Translations under genes and position numbers: made by a program | Notes under the pieces: generated by a model | What the model was told of the DNA's origin: nothing | Seen by the model: only the letters and a program-made list of their open reading frames with translations | Databases searched by the model: none | Assembly: GCA_949373095.1 (NCBI GenBank) | Contig: CASIBY010000007.1 | Span: forward strand, 20,087-84,086 | Length of the DNA: 64,000 nt | DNA from: Candidatus Poseidoniaceae archaeon | GTDB lineage: Archaea > Thermoplasmatota > Poseidoniia > Poseidoniales > Poseidoniaceae | Direction: 5' to 3' | Shown here: piece by piece, positions 1 through 10,014 of the stretch | Layout of the letters: every line of letters begins with the position of its first letter | How positions within the stretch are numbered: the stretch's first letter is position 1

Positions 1-453
1 CAAGACAAATGCCCGAACACACCAGCAGGTTCAGCCACAGATGGTGACGGATGTTCATCCAAACAACGAGCAGAATTACTCGACGATAGTGGAGAGGATA
101 CCTCAGCAGAATCCGGCGAGACTTTCTTCCTTGGGTTGATGATCGGTGCACTCATTCTTTCGGGAGGAGCTTATGTTATTCTTCAAAACAAACGAACTGA
201 TTCTGAAGACATCAAGGATAGCATTACTGCCGAATCCTTCGCCATGGCTCAAATCATGCCTGAAGGAGAGGCTGCGTCATGGGAAGCACCTGTTTTGGAT
301 GCATCAGGGCCGACGATTACACCAGAAATGATGGCATTGGTTCCTGGCTGGACTCAAGACATGGTGAAGGATTATCTTCTCCAAGGATGGACAATGGACC
401 AACTCTCGAAATATTATCAAGAACAGGTTGTTCAACACGGTCAAACAGAATAA
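1..453 (+). CDS. C-terminal part of a membrane-anchored TSP3-like repeat surface protein (5' truncated by window)
   Basis: Frame is open from base 1: QDKCPNTPAGSATDGDGC (TSP3-like), then a TM helix FFLGLMIGALILSGGAYVIL and a cytoplasmic tail with two GWT motifs. Confidence 0.75.
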   Translation, partial: QDKCPNTPAGSATDGDGCSSKQRAELLDDSGEDTSAESGETFFLGLMIGALILSGGAYVILQNKRTDSEDIKDSITAESFAMAQIMPEGEAASWEAPVLDASGPTITPEMMALVPGWTQDMVKDYLLQGWTMDQLSKYYQEQVVQHGQTE

Positions 454-484
454 CATTCAAACGGGACCGAGTGGACCATTCATC

Positions 485-1249
485 ATGGCCATCACGTATC
501 GAAGTAGTAATCCTGTCCTCAACAACAAATTCATGGCAGCACTTACCGGTGTTGAGACCATGAGTCTACAAGGTAGCCTGCGAAAAATTGGTTTGCTTCT
601 AACCTTGACCATCGTTTCTGCATTTGCAACCGCTATAGTTTGTTTGAATGCTGGCGAAAACATGTTCCTCTATGCTGGCATATTCACTGTTGTCGGTGCC
701 ATTTTTGGCTTCATCCTAGCCATTATTACGTTTGTAAGTCGTCCACAAAATCCTGCGGCTTTGATGAGTCTTTATGCACTTTTTCAAGGTATGCTGGTCG
801 GTGGCATGTCACTTGTTCTGGAGACACAATATCCAGGAATTGTACTCCAGGCAGCCTTTGGAACCGTAGGAATTACCGCTACAATGTACGTCATGTATTC
901 ATCCCGAATCATCCGCCCAACACCGATGTTCAACAAGGTCATTGGGGGACTTGTGATGAGTATCATGTTCCTCTACCTAACATCCTTTATTCTTGGAATG
1001 TTTTCCGGGTATGATGTACCCTTCCTCCACAGTTCAGGACCGATTGGAATAGGCCTTACTCTGTTTATTTTGGTAGTTGCCTCTCTCACACTCATCAGTG
1101 ACTTTGGATTTATTGAAGCGGGAGTTAAGAACGGTGCTCCGAAGAATATGGAATGGTATGCTGCATTTGGCATCCTCGTCTCACTCATTTGGATTTACAT
1201 TGAATCGCTAAGACTCCTTTCCAAGATCCGAACCTTCATTCAGGAATGA
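485..1249 (+). CDS. Bax inhibitor-1/YccA family membrane protein
   Basis: About 7 TM helices; N-terminal SSNP motif and C-terminal GAPKNMEWYAAFGILVSLIWIYIESLRLL; start placed at ATG 485. Confidence 0.85.
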   Translation: MAITYRSSNPVLNNKFMAALTGVETMSLQGSLRKIGLLLTLTIVSAFATAIVCLNAGENMFLYAGIFTVVGAIFGFILAIITFVSRPQNPAALMSLYALFQGMLVGGMSLVLETQYPGIVLQAAFGTVGITATMYVMYSSRIIRPTPMFNKVIGGLVMSIMFLYLTSFILGMFSGYDVPFLHSSGPIGIGLTLFILVVASLTLISDFGFIEAGVKNGAPKNMEWYAAFGILVSLIWIYIESLRLLSKIRTFIQE

Positions 1250-1256
1250 GACAATT

Positions 1257-2204
1257 ATGGCGAGGGAAATTCCAACCGTTGACTTCACCTTAGCTCAATC
1301 TTCTCAGGAAGACGAGCGGAAGGAGTTTGTTCGTCAAGTAGGAGATGCCCTCCACGACATCGGGTTTTTCGCACTCATAAACCACGGTATTGATACAGAA
1401 CTGATTATGGATGCATATGACCAGTGCGACCGTTTCTTTGAGTTGGATGATGTCACCAAGCGTTCGTATCTACTCCCACATATCGCCCACCAACGTGGAT
1501 ATACCGCATTCGGTGTTGAACATGCAAAGGACAACCCTGCACCCGATCTCAAAGAGTTCTGGCAGACTGGAAGGGCCTATCCAAGCGACGGCCCTGCACC
1601 AACCTATCCACAAAATGTATGGCCGAATCAGCACGCACCAGAGTTCCGAAATGTCATTGACCACCTCTACACCGACATGGAAGTGCTGTCAATGCGGTTG
1701 CTTGAAGCATGTTCACTTTACCTTGACATGCCTGCGGATTGGCTCCCAGACATGGCTGAACATGGAAATACCATCATGCGAATGATTCACTACCCCCCAC
1801 TTGACACTTCGATGCCCAAAGGTGCGGTTCGTTCTGCTGCGCATGAGGATATCAATTTCATCACACTCTTGGTGACCGCTACGGCTGATGGACTCGAAGT
1901 AATGGACCACGACGGTTCTTGGATTCAAGTCAAAGGAGACGAGAAGGCAATCATCGTTGACTCTGGAGACATGCTCCAAAACCTAACGAACGGATTGTTC
2001 CGTTCCGTTACCCACCGAGTCGTAAATCCCAAAGATTCCACTTCCCGCAGATATTCAATGCCGATGTTTGTCCATCCAAGAAACGAAATCGACCTTACGC
2101 CGCACTCTGATTTCGTAGGAAAAAATGGGGGAGTCGTAAACTATCAGAGTATCAAGGCCGGAGATTATCTCCAACAACGCCTCCGTGAAATTGGGCTAAT
2201 CTGA
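1257..2204 (+). CDS. 2-oxoglutarate/Fe(II) dioxygenase, isopenicillin N synthase-like family
   Basis: GFFALINHG N-terminal motif, HxD (AHED), distal His (VTHRV), RxS (RYS). Confidence 0.9.
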   Translation: MAREIPTVDFTLAQSSQEDERKEFVRQVGDALHDIGFFALINHGIDTELIMDAYDQCDRFFELDDVTKRSYLLPHIAHQRGYTAFGVEHAKDNPAPDLKEFWQTGRAYPSDGPAPTYPQNVWPNQHAPEFRNVIDHLYTDMEVLSMRLLEACSLYLDMPADWLPDMAEHGNTIMRMIHYPPLDTSMPKGAVRSAAHEDINFITLLVTATADGLEVMDHDGSWIQVKGDEKAIIVDSGDMLQNLTNGLFRSVTHRVVNPKDSTSRRYSMPMFVHPRNEIDLTPHSDFVGKNGGVVNYQSIKAGDYLQQRLREIGLI

Positions 2205-2213
2205 GGTTGAGAG

Positions 2214-3527
2214 ATGGACGTCGCCCAACTGATAGAATCTGTTGTGGCTAATCAAGGTCAAGACCACGCCCTTCTTGACGCATTTGTGAATGGAGTAGCA
2301 GATGGAGAAGTTGCTGTGGAAGACGCCACGGCGTGGCTCAAAGCCGTACACAGTTTCGGTTGCAGTGTGGAAGATACCGTCCAGCTCACAAAAACCATGA
2401 TCGCTTCTGGAGCCCAACTCAAGTGGGGAGATGGACCCCCTGTTGTCGATAAGCACAGCACTGGTGGAGTTGGTGACAAGATGTCATTGATGCTCGCACC
2501 GGCACTGGCGGCATGTGGACGCAGAGTACCCATGCTCGCTGGAAGAGGCCTTGGCCACACGGGTGGAACCATTGACAAATTGGAATCGATTCCTGGGTTC
2601 AATTGTAAACTTGACCCAGAGGAAATGAAAGCAGCAGTCAACGCCATTGGATGCTGTATTGCCGTGCAAAACGACGCTATTGCTCCTGCTGATGGAGTTC
2701 TATACGCAATACGAGATGTTACGGACACCGTAGATAGCGTTCCACTAATCACTGCATCAATCATCTCAAAGAAAGCAGCAGAGGGACTTGATGCCCTTGT
2801 TCTTGATGTGAAGTGCGGAAGCGGAGCCTTCATGAAAACACTGGCTCAAGCAGAGGAATTAGCCACGTCTATGGTACGAACTGCAAAGGGGCTCGGCATC
2901 AAAACTATTGCACAAATCACCTCCATGGAACAACCGATTGGCAGTCATGTTGGAAATTCGTTGGAAATTATTGAGAGTATCCAAGTCATGCAGGGAAAAG
3001 GCTCAGTTGATACCAGGAACCTTGTCATTCTTCAGGGAGGTGCACTTCTGGCTATGACTGAGGATGGGCTTAGCATAGAGGATGCAATCAAGCAAATTGA
3101 ACAATCACTTGACCGTGGTGATGCCCTTGAAGTATTCCGACTCATGTGCATTGGACAAGGAGTTCAGCCGGAACTTGCTTCTATCCTTGTCAAGGAACCC
3201 AAATCGGTCTTGCCGGTGAGTGAACATCAGACTACAGTTCTCTCACGTCAATTTGGACACGTTGGGGGTATTGACTCAATGGCTGCTGCACTGCTCGCCA
3301 AACAACATGGAGCTGGACGATATGCTCTTGAGGATGAGGTCGTTCCGGAAATTGGTTTCGTGTTCCATGTTGCGCAAGGGTCAACCATCGAAGAAAACCA
3401 ACCTCTACTAACCTTCCATCATAATCAAGAATTAACCGATAAGGAACATACAATCCTACAAAACCTCGTTGAAATGGTGAAAGTGTCAGTGCCGACCATT
3501 GAACGCTTGTTGTCAATCGTGGACTGA
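2214..3527 (+). CDS. deoA: Thymidine/pyrimidine-nucleoside phosphorylase (bacterial type)
   Basis: DKHSTGGVGDK, GRGLGHTGGTIDKLESIPG, SKK and LDVKCGSGAFMK motifs. Confidence 0.9.
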   Translation: MDVAQLIESVVANQGQDHALLDAFVNGVADGEVAVEDATAWLKAVHSFGCSVEDTVQLTKTMIASGAQLKWGDGPPVVDKHSTGGVGDKMSLMLAPALAACGRRVPMLAGRGLGHTGGTIDKLESIPGFNCKLDPEEMKAAVNAIGCCIAVQNDAIAPADGVLYAIRDVTDTVDSVPLITASIISKKAAEGLDALVLDVKCGSGAFMKTLAQAEELATSMVRTAKGLGIKTIAQITSMEQPIGSHVGNSLEIIESIQVMQGKGSVDTRNLVILQGGALLAMTEDGLSIEDAIKQIEQSLDRGDALEVFRLMCIGQGVQPELASILVKEPKSVLPVSEHQTTVLSRQFGHVGGIDSMAAALLAKQHGAGRYALEDEVVPEIGFVFHVAQGSTIEENQPLLTFHHNQELTDKEHTILQNLVEMVKVSVPTIERLLSIVD

Positions 3528-3570
3528 GGGTGGCGAAGCCGTCATAAAGGGGTGGCCTGTCGCCAACCTT

Positions 3571-3646
3571 GCCGATTTAGCTTAGCTGGTGGAGCGTGGG
3601 ACTGTTAATCCCAAGGTCGTGGGTTCGAGCCCCACAATCGGCGCCA
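3571..3646 (+). tRNA. tRNA-Asn(GTT), CCA encoded
   Basis: Cloverleaf with acceptor GCCGATT/AATCGGC, anticodon arm TGGGA-CT-GTT-AA-TCCCA and T-loop GGTTCGAGCC. Confidence 0.95.
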
Positions 3647-3667
3647 TGATTTTCAATTCAATGGGGA

Positions 3668-4615
3668 TTATTCCCATTCAATTGTACCAGGGGGCTTGTG
3701 CGTAATATCGTAAACAACTCGGTTCACAGCCCCTTTGACGGTGTTGGTAATCCGAGTGCTGATCTTCTGTAAAATACTGTGAGGTATTTCAGAATAACGA
3801 GCAGACATTCCATCTATCGACTGGACTGCACGTACAACAATAGTCTCACCATATGCACGAACGTCACCGTGGACACCTACGCTGCGAACTGGTAGAAGAG
3901 CAGCAAAGTACTGCCATGGAATTTCCATTTCACCACGCTCAGCAGCAGCTTCAAACTCTTCCTCGACAATTGCGCATGCTTCTCGCACAACGGCAACACG
4001 CTCTGGTGTAAGTTCGCCAAGCGTGCGGACAGCAAGGCCTGGCCCCGGGAAGGGTTGACGCTCAGCAACGTTAATCTCAAGATGGCGAGCGAGTTCACGA
4101 ACTTCATCCTTGTAGAGGTCACGTAGTGGCTCTACGACGGTCAGCGTCATGTCCTCTGGAAGACCACCAACATTGTGATGGGATTTGATGGTGTCACGAA
4201 CACCACCACCAGATTCAATCCAGTCCGGGGCAATGGTTCCCTGGACGAGATATTTTGCTCCGCATTTCTTTTGCTCATCTTCAAAAATACGAATAAATAA
4301 TTCACCGATGACCTTACGCTTTTGTTCTGGCTCAGTGACGTCTTTGAGCGCCTCAAAGTATCTGTCGGCAGCCCTCACTGTCACCAAATTGATACCCTGC
4401 TCTTCAAGGAGGGCTTCGATTTGCTCAGTCTCATCTTTCCTCATGAAACCCGTATCAACATATACACAGTGAAGCAAATCACCAACTGCTTGGCTTGCAA
4501 TAACTGCAGCCACTGTTGAATCAACTCCACCCGAGCAAGCGATAATAGCGATGTCGTCAATGGTAGATTTGAGGGATTCAATACTCTCTGAGATGAATTC
4601 CTCAGTGTCAAACAT
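3668..4615 (-). CDS. guaAB: GMP synthase, ATP pyrophosphatase subunit B
   Basis: SGGVDS PP-loop, IKSHHNVGGLP, PFPGPGLAVR, C-terminal KPPGTIEWE; start MFDTEEF lies just after the purE stop. Confidence 0.93.
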   Translation of the reverse strand: MFDTEEFISESIESLKSTIDDIAIIACSGGVDSTVAAVIASQAVGDLLHCVYVDTGFMRKDETEQIEALLEEQGINLVTVRAADRYFEALKDVTEPEQKRKVIGELFIRIFEDEQKKCGAKYLVQGTIAPDWIESGGGVRDTIKSHHNVGGLPEDMTLTVVEPLRDLYKDEVRELARHLEINVAERQPFPGPGLAVRTLGELTPERVAVVREACAIVEEEFEAAAERGEMEIPWQYFAALLPVRSVGVHGDVRAYGETIVVRAVQSIDGMSARYSEIPHSILQKISTRITNTVKGAVNRVVYDITHKPPGTIEWE

Positions 4616-4616
4616 T

Positions 4617-5096
4617 TCAGGCACCGCCGTTGACATCACGGTCTTGGGCTTTAACTCGCTCAATTTGGTCCAATTTGTTTTGTTCCAAAGCTGCTGCATA
4701 TCTGGGGTGAATGAGTGCGAGCATCTGAACTGCAAGATATCCTGCATTGTCTCCACGGTCAACGCCAACGGTGGCCGCTGGGACACCAGGAGGCAACTGA
4801 GCAATGGAAAGAAGTGAATCGAATGGAACCTTTCCACCGCATGGGACACCGATGACAGGTTTGGTGGTCAGAGCCGCAACTGCACCAGGCAGAGCCGCTG
4901 CAAGTCCAGCCATAGCGACGAAGATTTGACATCCGTCATCCAAAGCATCTCCAACGATTTCTTCAACAAACTTTGGAGACCGGTGAGCGGAGGCAACACG
5001 CAATTGGTAAGGAACCTCAAACAGTTCCAAAATTTTAGTACACTTTTGAGCAATAGGTAGGTCCGAAGACGAGCCGAGTAGAATCGTTACATCCAT
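4617..5096 (-). CDS. purE: AIR carboxylase / N5-CAIR mutase PurE
   Basis: GSSSD, SAHR, AGLAAALPG, PVIGVP and PPGVPAATV motifs. Confidence 0.93.
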   Translation of the reverse strand: MDVTILLGSSSDLPIAQKCTKILELFEVPYQLRVASAHRSPKFVEEIVGDALDDGCQIFVAMAGLAAALPGAVAALTTKPVIGVPCGGKVPFDSLLSIAQLPPGVPAATVGVDRGDNAGYLAVQMLALIHPRYAAALEQNKLDQIERVKAQDRDVNGGA

Positions 5097-5157
5097 GCTA
5101 CCCTGCCGGCGCGGGTGGTTCATTTAGATGCCTCTTGATGATGACGGAAGAAATGCC

Positions 5158-5835
5158 TCATTCTTCGGCATCTTCACTGCGAGAAAATGTTGGGAAAGCG
5201 CCCCACTGAACGCCCCAATCGTCTTCAGAAAACGCTTCCCTTTTTGTAGCGAGAAGTTCAATGTTCAGGAACAACTGTTGCTCATTCTTACTGCCGAACA
5301 TGATGGCTGTTCTTTCACCGATTGTTTTTGAAGCCATGATACCACTTTTCCATCGAGCCGAAGCAATATCCCAACCTGTCATGCAATTCTTAACTTGAAC
5401 CAACTCTTTAGCATCCCATGGACGCTGGTACACCTCATGATCACAGGCTGCAAGGCCATTGAGAGATATGAATAGATAGGGTACTGAACCGATACAGAAT
5501 GCGTATCCAAGCCACCACCATTGGGAAAGTTCACCGAGGTAGAGAACAGCAAGAACGAACACTGAGACACCAAGAAGCACACCAGTGATTTGCACTTTGG
5601 AATCAAACTTACTTCCCTTACGCTGAGAATAACCACTGGCGAAGGTCAACAGCAGTAGGGCCTCACTTACTGCTAAAAGGACAAGTCTGAAGGATTCAAA
5701 TCTGTGGAATATCAGCATCATGCACATGAAACCAACTGGTAAAAGAGCCCAAGCGAATAAGAACAAGGTAGCGGTAAAGTCTGCTTTTGGAGGGATTGAA
5801 TCCCACCCATGGCGCTGACGTTCCTCCACGGACAT
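5158..5835 (-). CDS. Hypothetical membrane protein (about 4 TM)
   Basis: 225-aa ORF with hydrophobic helices that fills the gap on the strand of its neighbours. Confidence 0.65.
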   Translation of the reverse strand: MSVEERQRHGWDSIPPKADFTATLFLFAWALLPVGFMCMMLIFHRFESFRLVLLAVSEALLLLTFASGYSQRKGSKFDSKVQITGVLLGVSVFVLAVLYLGELSQWWWLGYAFCIGSVPYLFISLNGLAACDHEVYQRPWDAKELVQVKNCMTGWDIASARWKSGIMASKTIGERTAIMFGSKNEQQLFLNIELLATKREAFSEDDWGVQWGAFPTFSRSEDAEE

Positions 5836-5881
5836 ATGCCTTGCTGGGGAATTTTCACATTAGCACTTTCGCTTAAACTCT

Positions 5882-7378
5882 TCATTCATCAAAGGGATGA
5901 CGAAGGCAGAGGTTACGAGCAGCATAGACCTCATCAACACGACGGACGGGGGTTGTAGTTGGCGCAGCATGCAAGGTTTCAGCGTCGACCTTGAGGACTT
6001 CTGCAAAGTGCTGTGCGAACGTATCCAGAGTGTCCTTAGACTCCGTTTCTGTTGGTTCGATCATCATACATTCTGGGACAACCAATGGGAAGTAAACAGT
6101 AGGTGCCATGTAACCTCGGTCGAGAAGACCTTTTGCAACATCCATTGCGGATATTCCAAATTGTTCTTTTGCAGGTTGCATGGAAAGTGTGAATTCGTGC
6201 TTTGCTACATCGGTTTCTGCACCATCAACAAACAGATGGTCTACGCCCTCTTCACGAGCAGCTTTGTGGATTGCATACCGAAGGTAGTTTGCGTTCAAAA
6301 CTGCGTGCTCGGACATGGTGGTTAATCCTGAGCCGTAGCGACGGTAATAAGCCCAGCAGCGGATGACTGCTCCCGCATTCCCATGCCATTGCTGAACCTT
6401 ACCGATGCTGTGGACTGGTTCTCTCCAGTGGTACCAGAATTCATCCACAGCAGTAGATTGCTCTCCAGCAGTTGGAGTGCGCCGGTCAGCCAGTGGACCC
6501 GGTAGGAATTCAGCGAGATGGGCTTTGACTCCAATTGGTCCAGAACCTGGGCCTCCACCGCCGTGTGGCTGGGAGAAGGTTTTGTGGAGGTTGAAGTGAA
6601 CCGCATCAAAGCCCATCAATCCGGGGGAAGTAATTCCAAGAATAGCGTTAAAATTCGCTCCATCATAGTACATTTGACCGCCTGCATCGTGGACGATTTT
6701 ACTCGCTTCAGAGATGTCAGCTTCAAACAGACCTAGCGTATTTGGATTTGTAATCATCATTGCTGCTGTGGTTTCATCAGCTACCGCACGAAGTGCATCA
6801 AGGTCGATACGACCATCAACACGACTTGGTATTTCCACGATTTCAAATCCGGCCATAGCCGCACTTGCAGGGTTTGTACCATGTGCTGAATCAGGAACGA
6901 TGACCTTCGTTCTTTTTGTGTCCCCTTTCAGTCGGAAGTACTCTTGGATGCAGCGAACTGCTGTGAATTCACCTTGAGCACCAGCGACCGGTTGGAGCGT
7001 AACTTGGTCCATTCCAGCACAGACTTCGAGCATGTGTTGCATCTCGTAATAGATGGAGAGGAGTCCTTGTAGATGATGTTCAGGCTGATGAGGATGGATG
7101 TCTGCGATGCCAGGGAGTTGTGCAATTACTTCGTTCACACGAGGGTTGTGCTTCATCGTGCAGGAGCCGAGCGGATAGAATCCAGTATCAATTCCAAAGT
7201 TCCTCTTTGAGAGCCATGTGTAATGACGCACCATCTCTGGTTCAGAAAGACGAGGCCAACGTGCTCGCTGGCGGCGAACGAGTCCTTTGGGAATGGAAGG
7301 TTTTGTTGCTGTTTCAATGCTCGGGGGTTGACTGTAACCGGTGTTTGGAGCCCCATTGTGGTTGAAAAGATGACTCAA
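5882..7378 (-). CDS. gcvPB: Glycine dehydrogenase (decarboxylating) subunit 2
   Basis: FYPLGSCTMKHNP, PDSAHGTNPASA, HFNLHKTF and PHGGGGPG motifs; probable TTG start overlapping the gcvPA stop. Confidence 0.93.
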   Translation of the reverse strand: MSHLFNHNGAPNTGYSQPPSIETATKPSIPKGLVRRQRARWPRLSEPEMVRHYTWLSKRNFGIDTGFYPLGSCTMKHNPRVNEVIAQLPGIADIHPHQPEHHLQGLLSIYYEMQHMLEVCAGMDQVTLQPVAGAQGEFTAVRCIQEYFRLKGDTKRTKVIVPDSAHGTNPASAAMAGFEIVEIPSRVDGRIDLDALRAVADETTAAMMITNPNTLGLFEADISEASKIVHDAGGQMYYDGANFNAILGITSPGLMGFDAVHFNLHKTFSQPHGGGGPGSGPIGVKAHLAEFLPGPLADRRTPTAGEQSTAVDEFWYHWREPVHSIGKVQQWHGNAGAVIRCWAYYRRYGSGLTTMSEHAVLNANYLRYAIHKAAREEGVDHLFVDGAETDVAKHEFTLSMQPAKEQFGISAMDVAKGLLDRGYMAPTVYFPLVVPECMMIEPTETESKDTLDTFAQHFAEVLKVDAETLHAAPTTTPVRRVDEVYAARNLCLRHPFDE

Positions 7379-8748
7379 GCACTCACCCCCTGATGGCTTG
7401 TCCACATTGATAATTGAGCCGATAAGGCTTCGATATCTTGCTGTGTGGTTTGGTCTGTTGTCGTGATGAGAATTTGGTTGGTGATGGATGGATACCACCG
7501 CCCAAGGTCAAATCCACCAATAATTCCATTATCGTCAAGATAGGCAAGACAGGCTTCAGCTGAACCTTCAATTTCAATTGCGAATTCGTTGAAGTGGGGG
7601 GCGTCGTGAACAATTCTAACACCTGGAGTTTCAACCAGCACTTCCTTTGCTTTTTGGCAGGCAGCAGCGTTACGATAGGCCAAATCATGCAACCCATCTG
7701 GGCCGAGCAGAGCCATGTGCATGGCGCCCATCAAGGCAATGAGAGTCTCGTTTGTACAGATGTTTGAGGTTGCACGGTGGCGACGGATATGTTGCTCTCG
7801 AGTTGAAAGAGTAAGACAGTATGCTTCTTTTCCGTCAACATCTACAGACCGGCCTACGATTCGACCTGGCATCAAACGGAGGTAGGGTTTGCTACAAGCG
7901 AAGATACCGTAGAGTGGACCGCCTGCAGTCACAGGGCTTCCAAGCGGTTGACCTTCGCCCACCACGATATCTGCTCCATAATGGCCTGGCGCTTCTACCA
8001 TTCCGAGTGAAACGGGCTGGACTCCAACGATAAGGGCAGTATGTTCGCCTATAATCTCCTTTGTTTTAGTTAGGCCTTCATCCAGCACGCCAAGGGGGTT
8101 TGGTTGTTCAAGGTATACTCCACATGAACCAGCAGCCGTCTTCAAGGAGTCAAGATTGAGTGTTCCATCAGCGTTATGTTTCAATGTCTTGATGGTGATC
8201 TCAGCACCTTGGCAGTAATTTTCCATCACCGACATTTTGTCGGGTGAGGTCAATGATGAAACATATACAGTGTTGGGTTGGCTTGCTTTTCTACTGTGAA
8301 CTCGAACAGCGCAGGTCAAGGCTTCAGCGGCCGCAGTAGAGCCGTCATAGAGTGATAGATTGGCGATTGGGAGCCCGACCAACTCAGAGATAAGAGATTG
8401 GAATTCCCACATTGCCTGAAGCATACCTTGACTCACTTCGGGCTGGTAAGGAGTATAGGCAGTCAAAAATTCACCACGAGTTACAAGCTGAAATACGGAT
8501 GCTGGAATGTAGTTTCGGTACAACCCTGCTCCCAAAAAGGAAGTACGACTGCCCATAGAAATGTTAGCTCCAAGAATGCGACGAGCGTCACTAAGAATCT
8601 CTTCTTCAGACTGCGGAGGGCGAAGCGGAAGGGGACCTTTGAACCTCACTTCATCGGGAATATCAGAAAACAAATCTTCCATATCCTGGAGACCCATTGC
8701 CTTCAACATCTCATCTTCTCGGCCAAGGTTTGGAAGTTGGTCAACCAT
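7375..8748 (-). CDS. gcvPA: Glycine dehydrogenase (decarboxylating) subunit 1
   Basis: FLTAYTPYQPEVSQG and TREQHIRRHRATSNICTN; GGTGA RBS precedes ATG 8748. Confidence 0.93.
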   Translation of the reverse strand: MVDQLPNLGREDEMLKAMGLQDMEDLFSDIPDEVRFKGPLPLRPPQSEEEILSDARRILGANISMGSRTSFLGAGLYRNYIPASVFQLVTRGEFLTAYTPYQPEVSQGMLQAMWEFQSLISELVGLPIANLSLYDGSTAAAEALTCAVRVHSRKASQPNTVYVSSLTSPDKMSVMENYCQGAEITIKTLKHNADGTLNLDSLKTAAGSCGVYLEQPNPLGVLDEGLTKTKEIIGEHTALIVGVQPVSLGMVEAPGHYGADIVVGEGQPLGSPVTAGGPLYGIFACSKPYLRLMPGRIVGRSVDVDGKEAYCLTLSTREQHIRRHRATSNICTNETLIALMGAMHMALLGPDGLHDLAYRNAAACQKAKEVLVETPGVRIVHDAPHFNEFAIEIEGSAEACLAYLDDNGIIGGFDLGRWYPSITNQILITTTDQTTQQDIEALSAQLSMWTSHQGVSA

Positions 8749-8868
8749 TGCAATCACCTCACCCTGCGGGTGTATGATGAAATCCATGCGCGTCCCGCTC
8801 ATAATGCATTGCTTTGGCCCACATGGGTCAGGGGAACACCTCATGGCGGTGGACGGTCTCGCAAAGTC

Positions 8869-10014
8869 ATGGTCCGAGTAGCGATGGTAGTGACCAATCC
8901 GTGTGCCCCAGACCCGAGAGTTTTACGTCACGCCAGTTGGCTCGCCAAAGCGGGATACAGAGTCACAGTCCACGCATTTGACCGAACGGAATCCCACCCC
9001 TTGAGTGAAAACATCGACGGTGTCAGAATCATGCGGTATCGCGTTGGCAAGGTCCCCTATGGAGGGAGCATATCAACGCTCATAGGTCTGAAGAAATTCA
9101 CTCAACAAGTTCGAGATACACTCCTCCACGACCCCCCAGGATTGGTGTACTGCCACGATGCAGATACCCTCAAAATTGGAACTGTTCTAAAGCGTACTAA
9201 ATCAGTGCCGTTTGTATTTGATATGCACGACCTTCAACACACCTGGGTTCGTATGGAATCTCCGAATTCCTTGCCTAGAACCCTTGTTAGTCGCAGATTC
9301 AAGCAGAAGATGCTGAACCGTGCAAAACATGCTGAATGCATCATCACATCAAGCGGATGTATTGATGGAGGCACTCAACGAGGATTCGTAGAATGGCTTG
9401 CTCACCACGGCCTTGTGGGAGAGGTTGTGGAAAATCGTCCGATGCCACCTTTCCCTGAACCATCACCGAGGGCCACTGAGGGATGGACTGTTGGGTATCT
9501 TGGTCGGATTCGGGACGTGAGATCGTTTGAATTACTTCTCCGAAGCATCAAGCAATTGCCCGTTTTGGAACGGCCCAAACTCAGAATTGCCGGGGATGGC
9601 ACAGCAGCACCAAAAGTCCGACGAATGATGATGGACGCTGTGGAGGCTGGAGAGATTGAAGCGACGATAACCGGGGCTTTCACGAGCAAGGAGTTTGGAG
9701 AAATCATCCAAGAAATTAACGTGATGTACGCAATGTATTCTCCTCTTAGAGGAAACATTATCCAAGGTGCAATCCCAGTCAAAATGTTCGATGCTGCTGC
9801 CCATGGAGTGCCAAGTGTCGTGAACGATGGTTGCTTGATGGGTGAATTAGCAACGTTAGAAACAATGGGCATCTCAGCAGCATGGGGTGACCTAGATTCA
9901 GTAAAAAATGCCCTGGTAAAGGCCAATGGAATGAGCGTTGGATTGAATCATACTGGAGAACGTGAACAGCTGCGGTGGATGGCGGCAATGGATCCTGTTC
10001 TTAGTCCACTTTAG
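8869..10014 (+). CDS. Glycosyltransferase, GT4/GT-B family
   Basis: DPRV N-terminal motif, CHDAD, VFDMHD and PVKMFDAAAHGVP GT-B motif. Confidence 0.8.
   Translation: MVRVAMVVTNPCAPDPRVLRHASWLAKAGYRVTVHAFDRTESHPLSENIDGVRIMRYRVGKVPYGGSISTLIGLKKFTQQVRDTLLHDPPGLVYCHDADTLKIGTVLKRTKSVPFVFDMHDLQHTWVRMESPNSLPRTLVSRRFKQKMLNRAKHAECIITSSGCIDGGTQRGFVEWLAHHGLVGEVVENRPMPPFPEPSPRATEGWTVGYLGRIRDVRSFELLLRSIKQLPVLERPKLRIAGDGTAAPKVRRMMMDAVEAGEIEATITGAFTSKEFGEIIQEINVMYAMYSPLRGNIIQGAIPVKMFDAAAHGVPSVVNDGCLMGELATLETMGISAAWGDLDSVKNALVKANGMSVGLNHTGEREQLRWMAAMDPVLSPL

Noticed and set aside
8398-8868. Long N-terminal extension of the glycosyltransferase, and similar extensions of guaAB, gcvPB, gcvPA and the 40844 ATPase
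   Set aside because: They overlap well-supported neighbouring genes; downstream starts match family N-termini and RBS or coupling signals.
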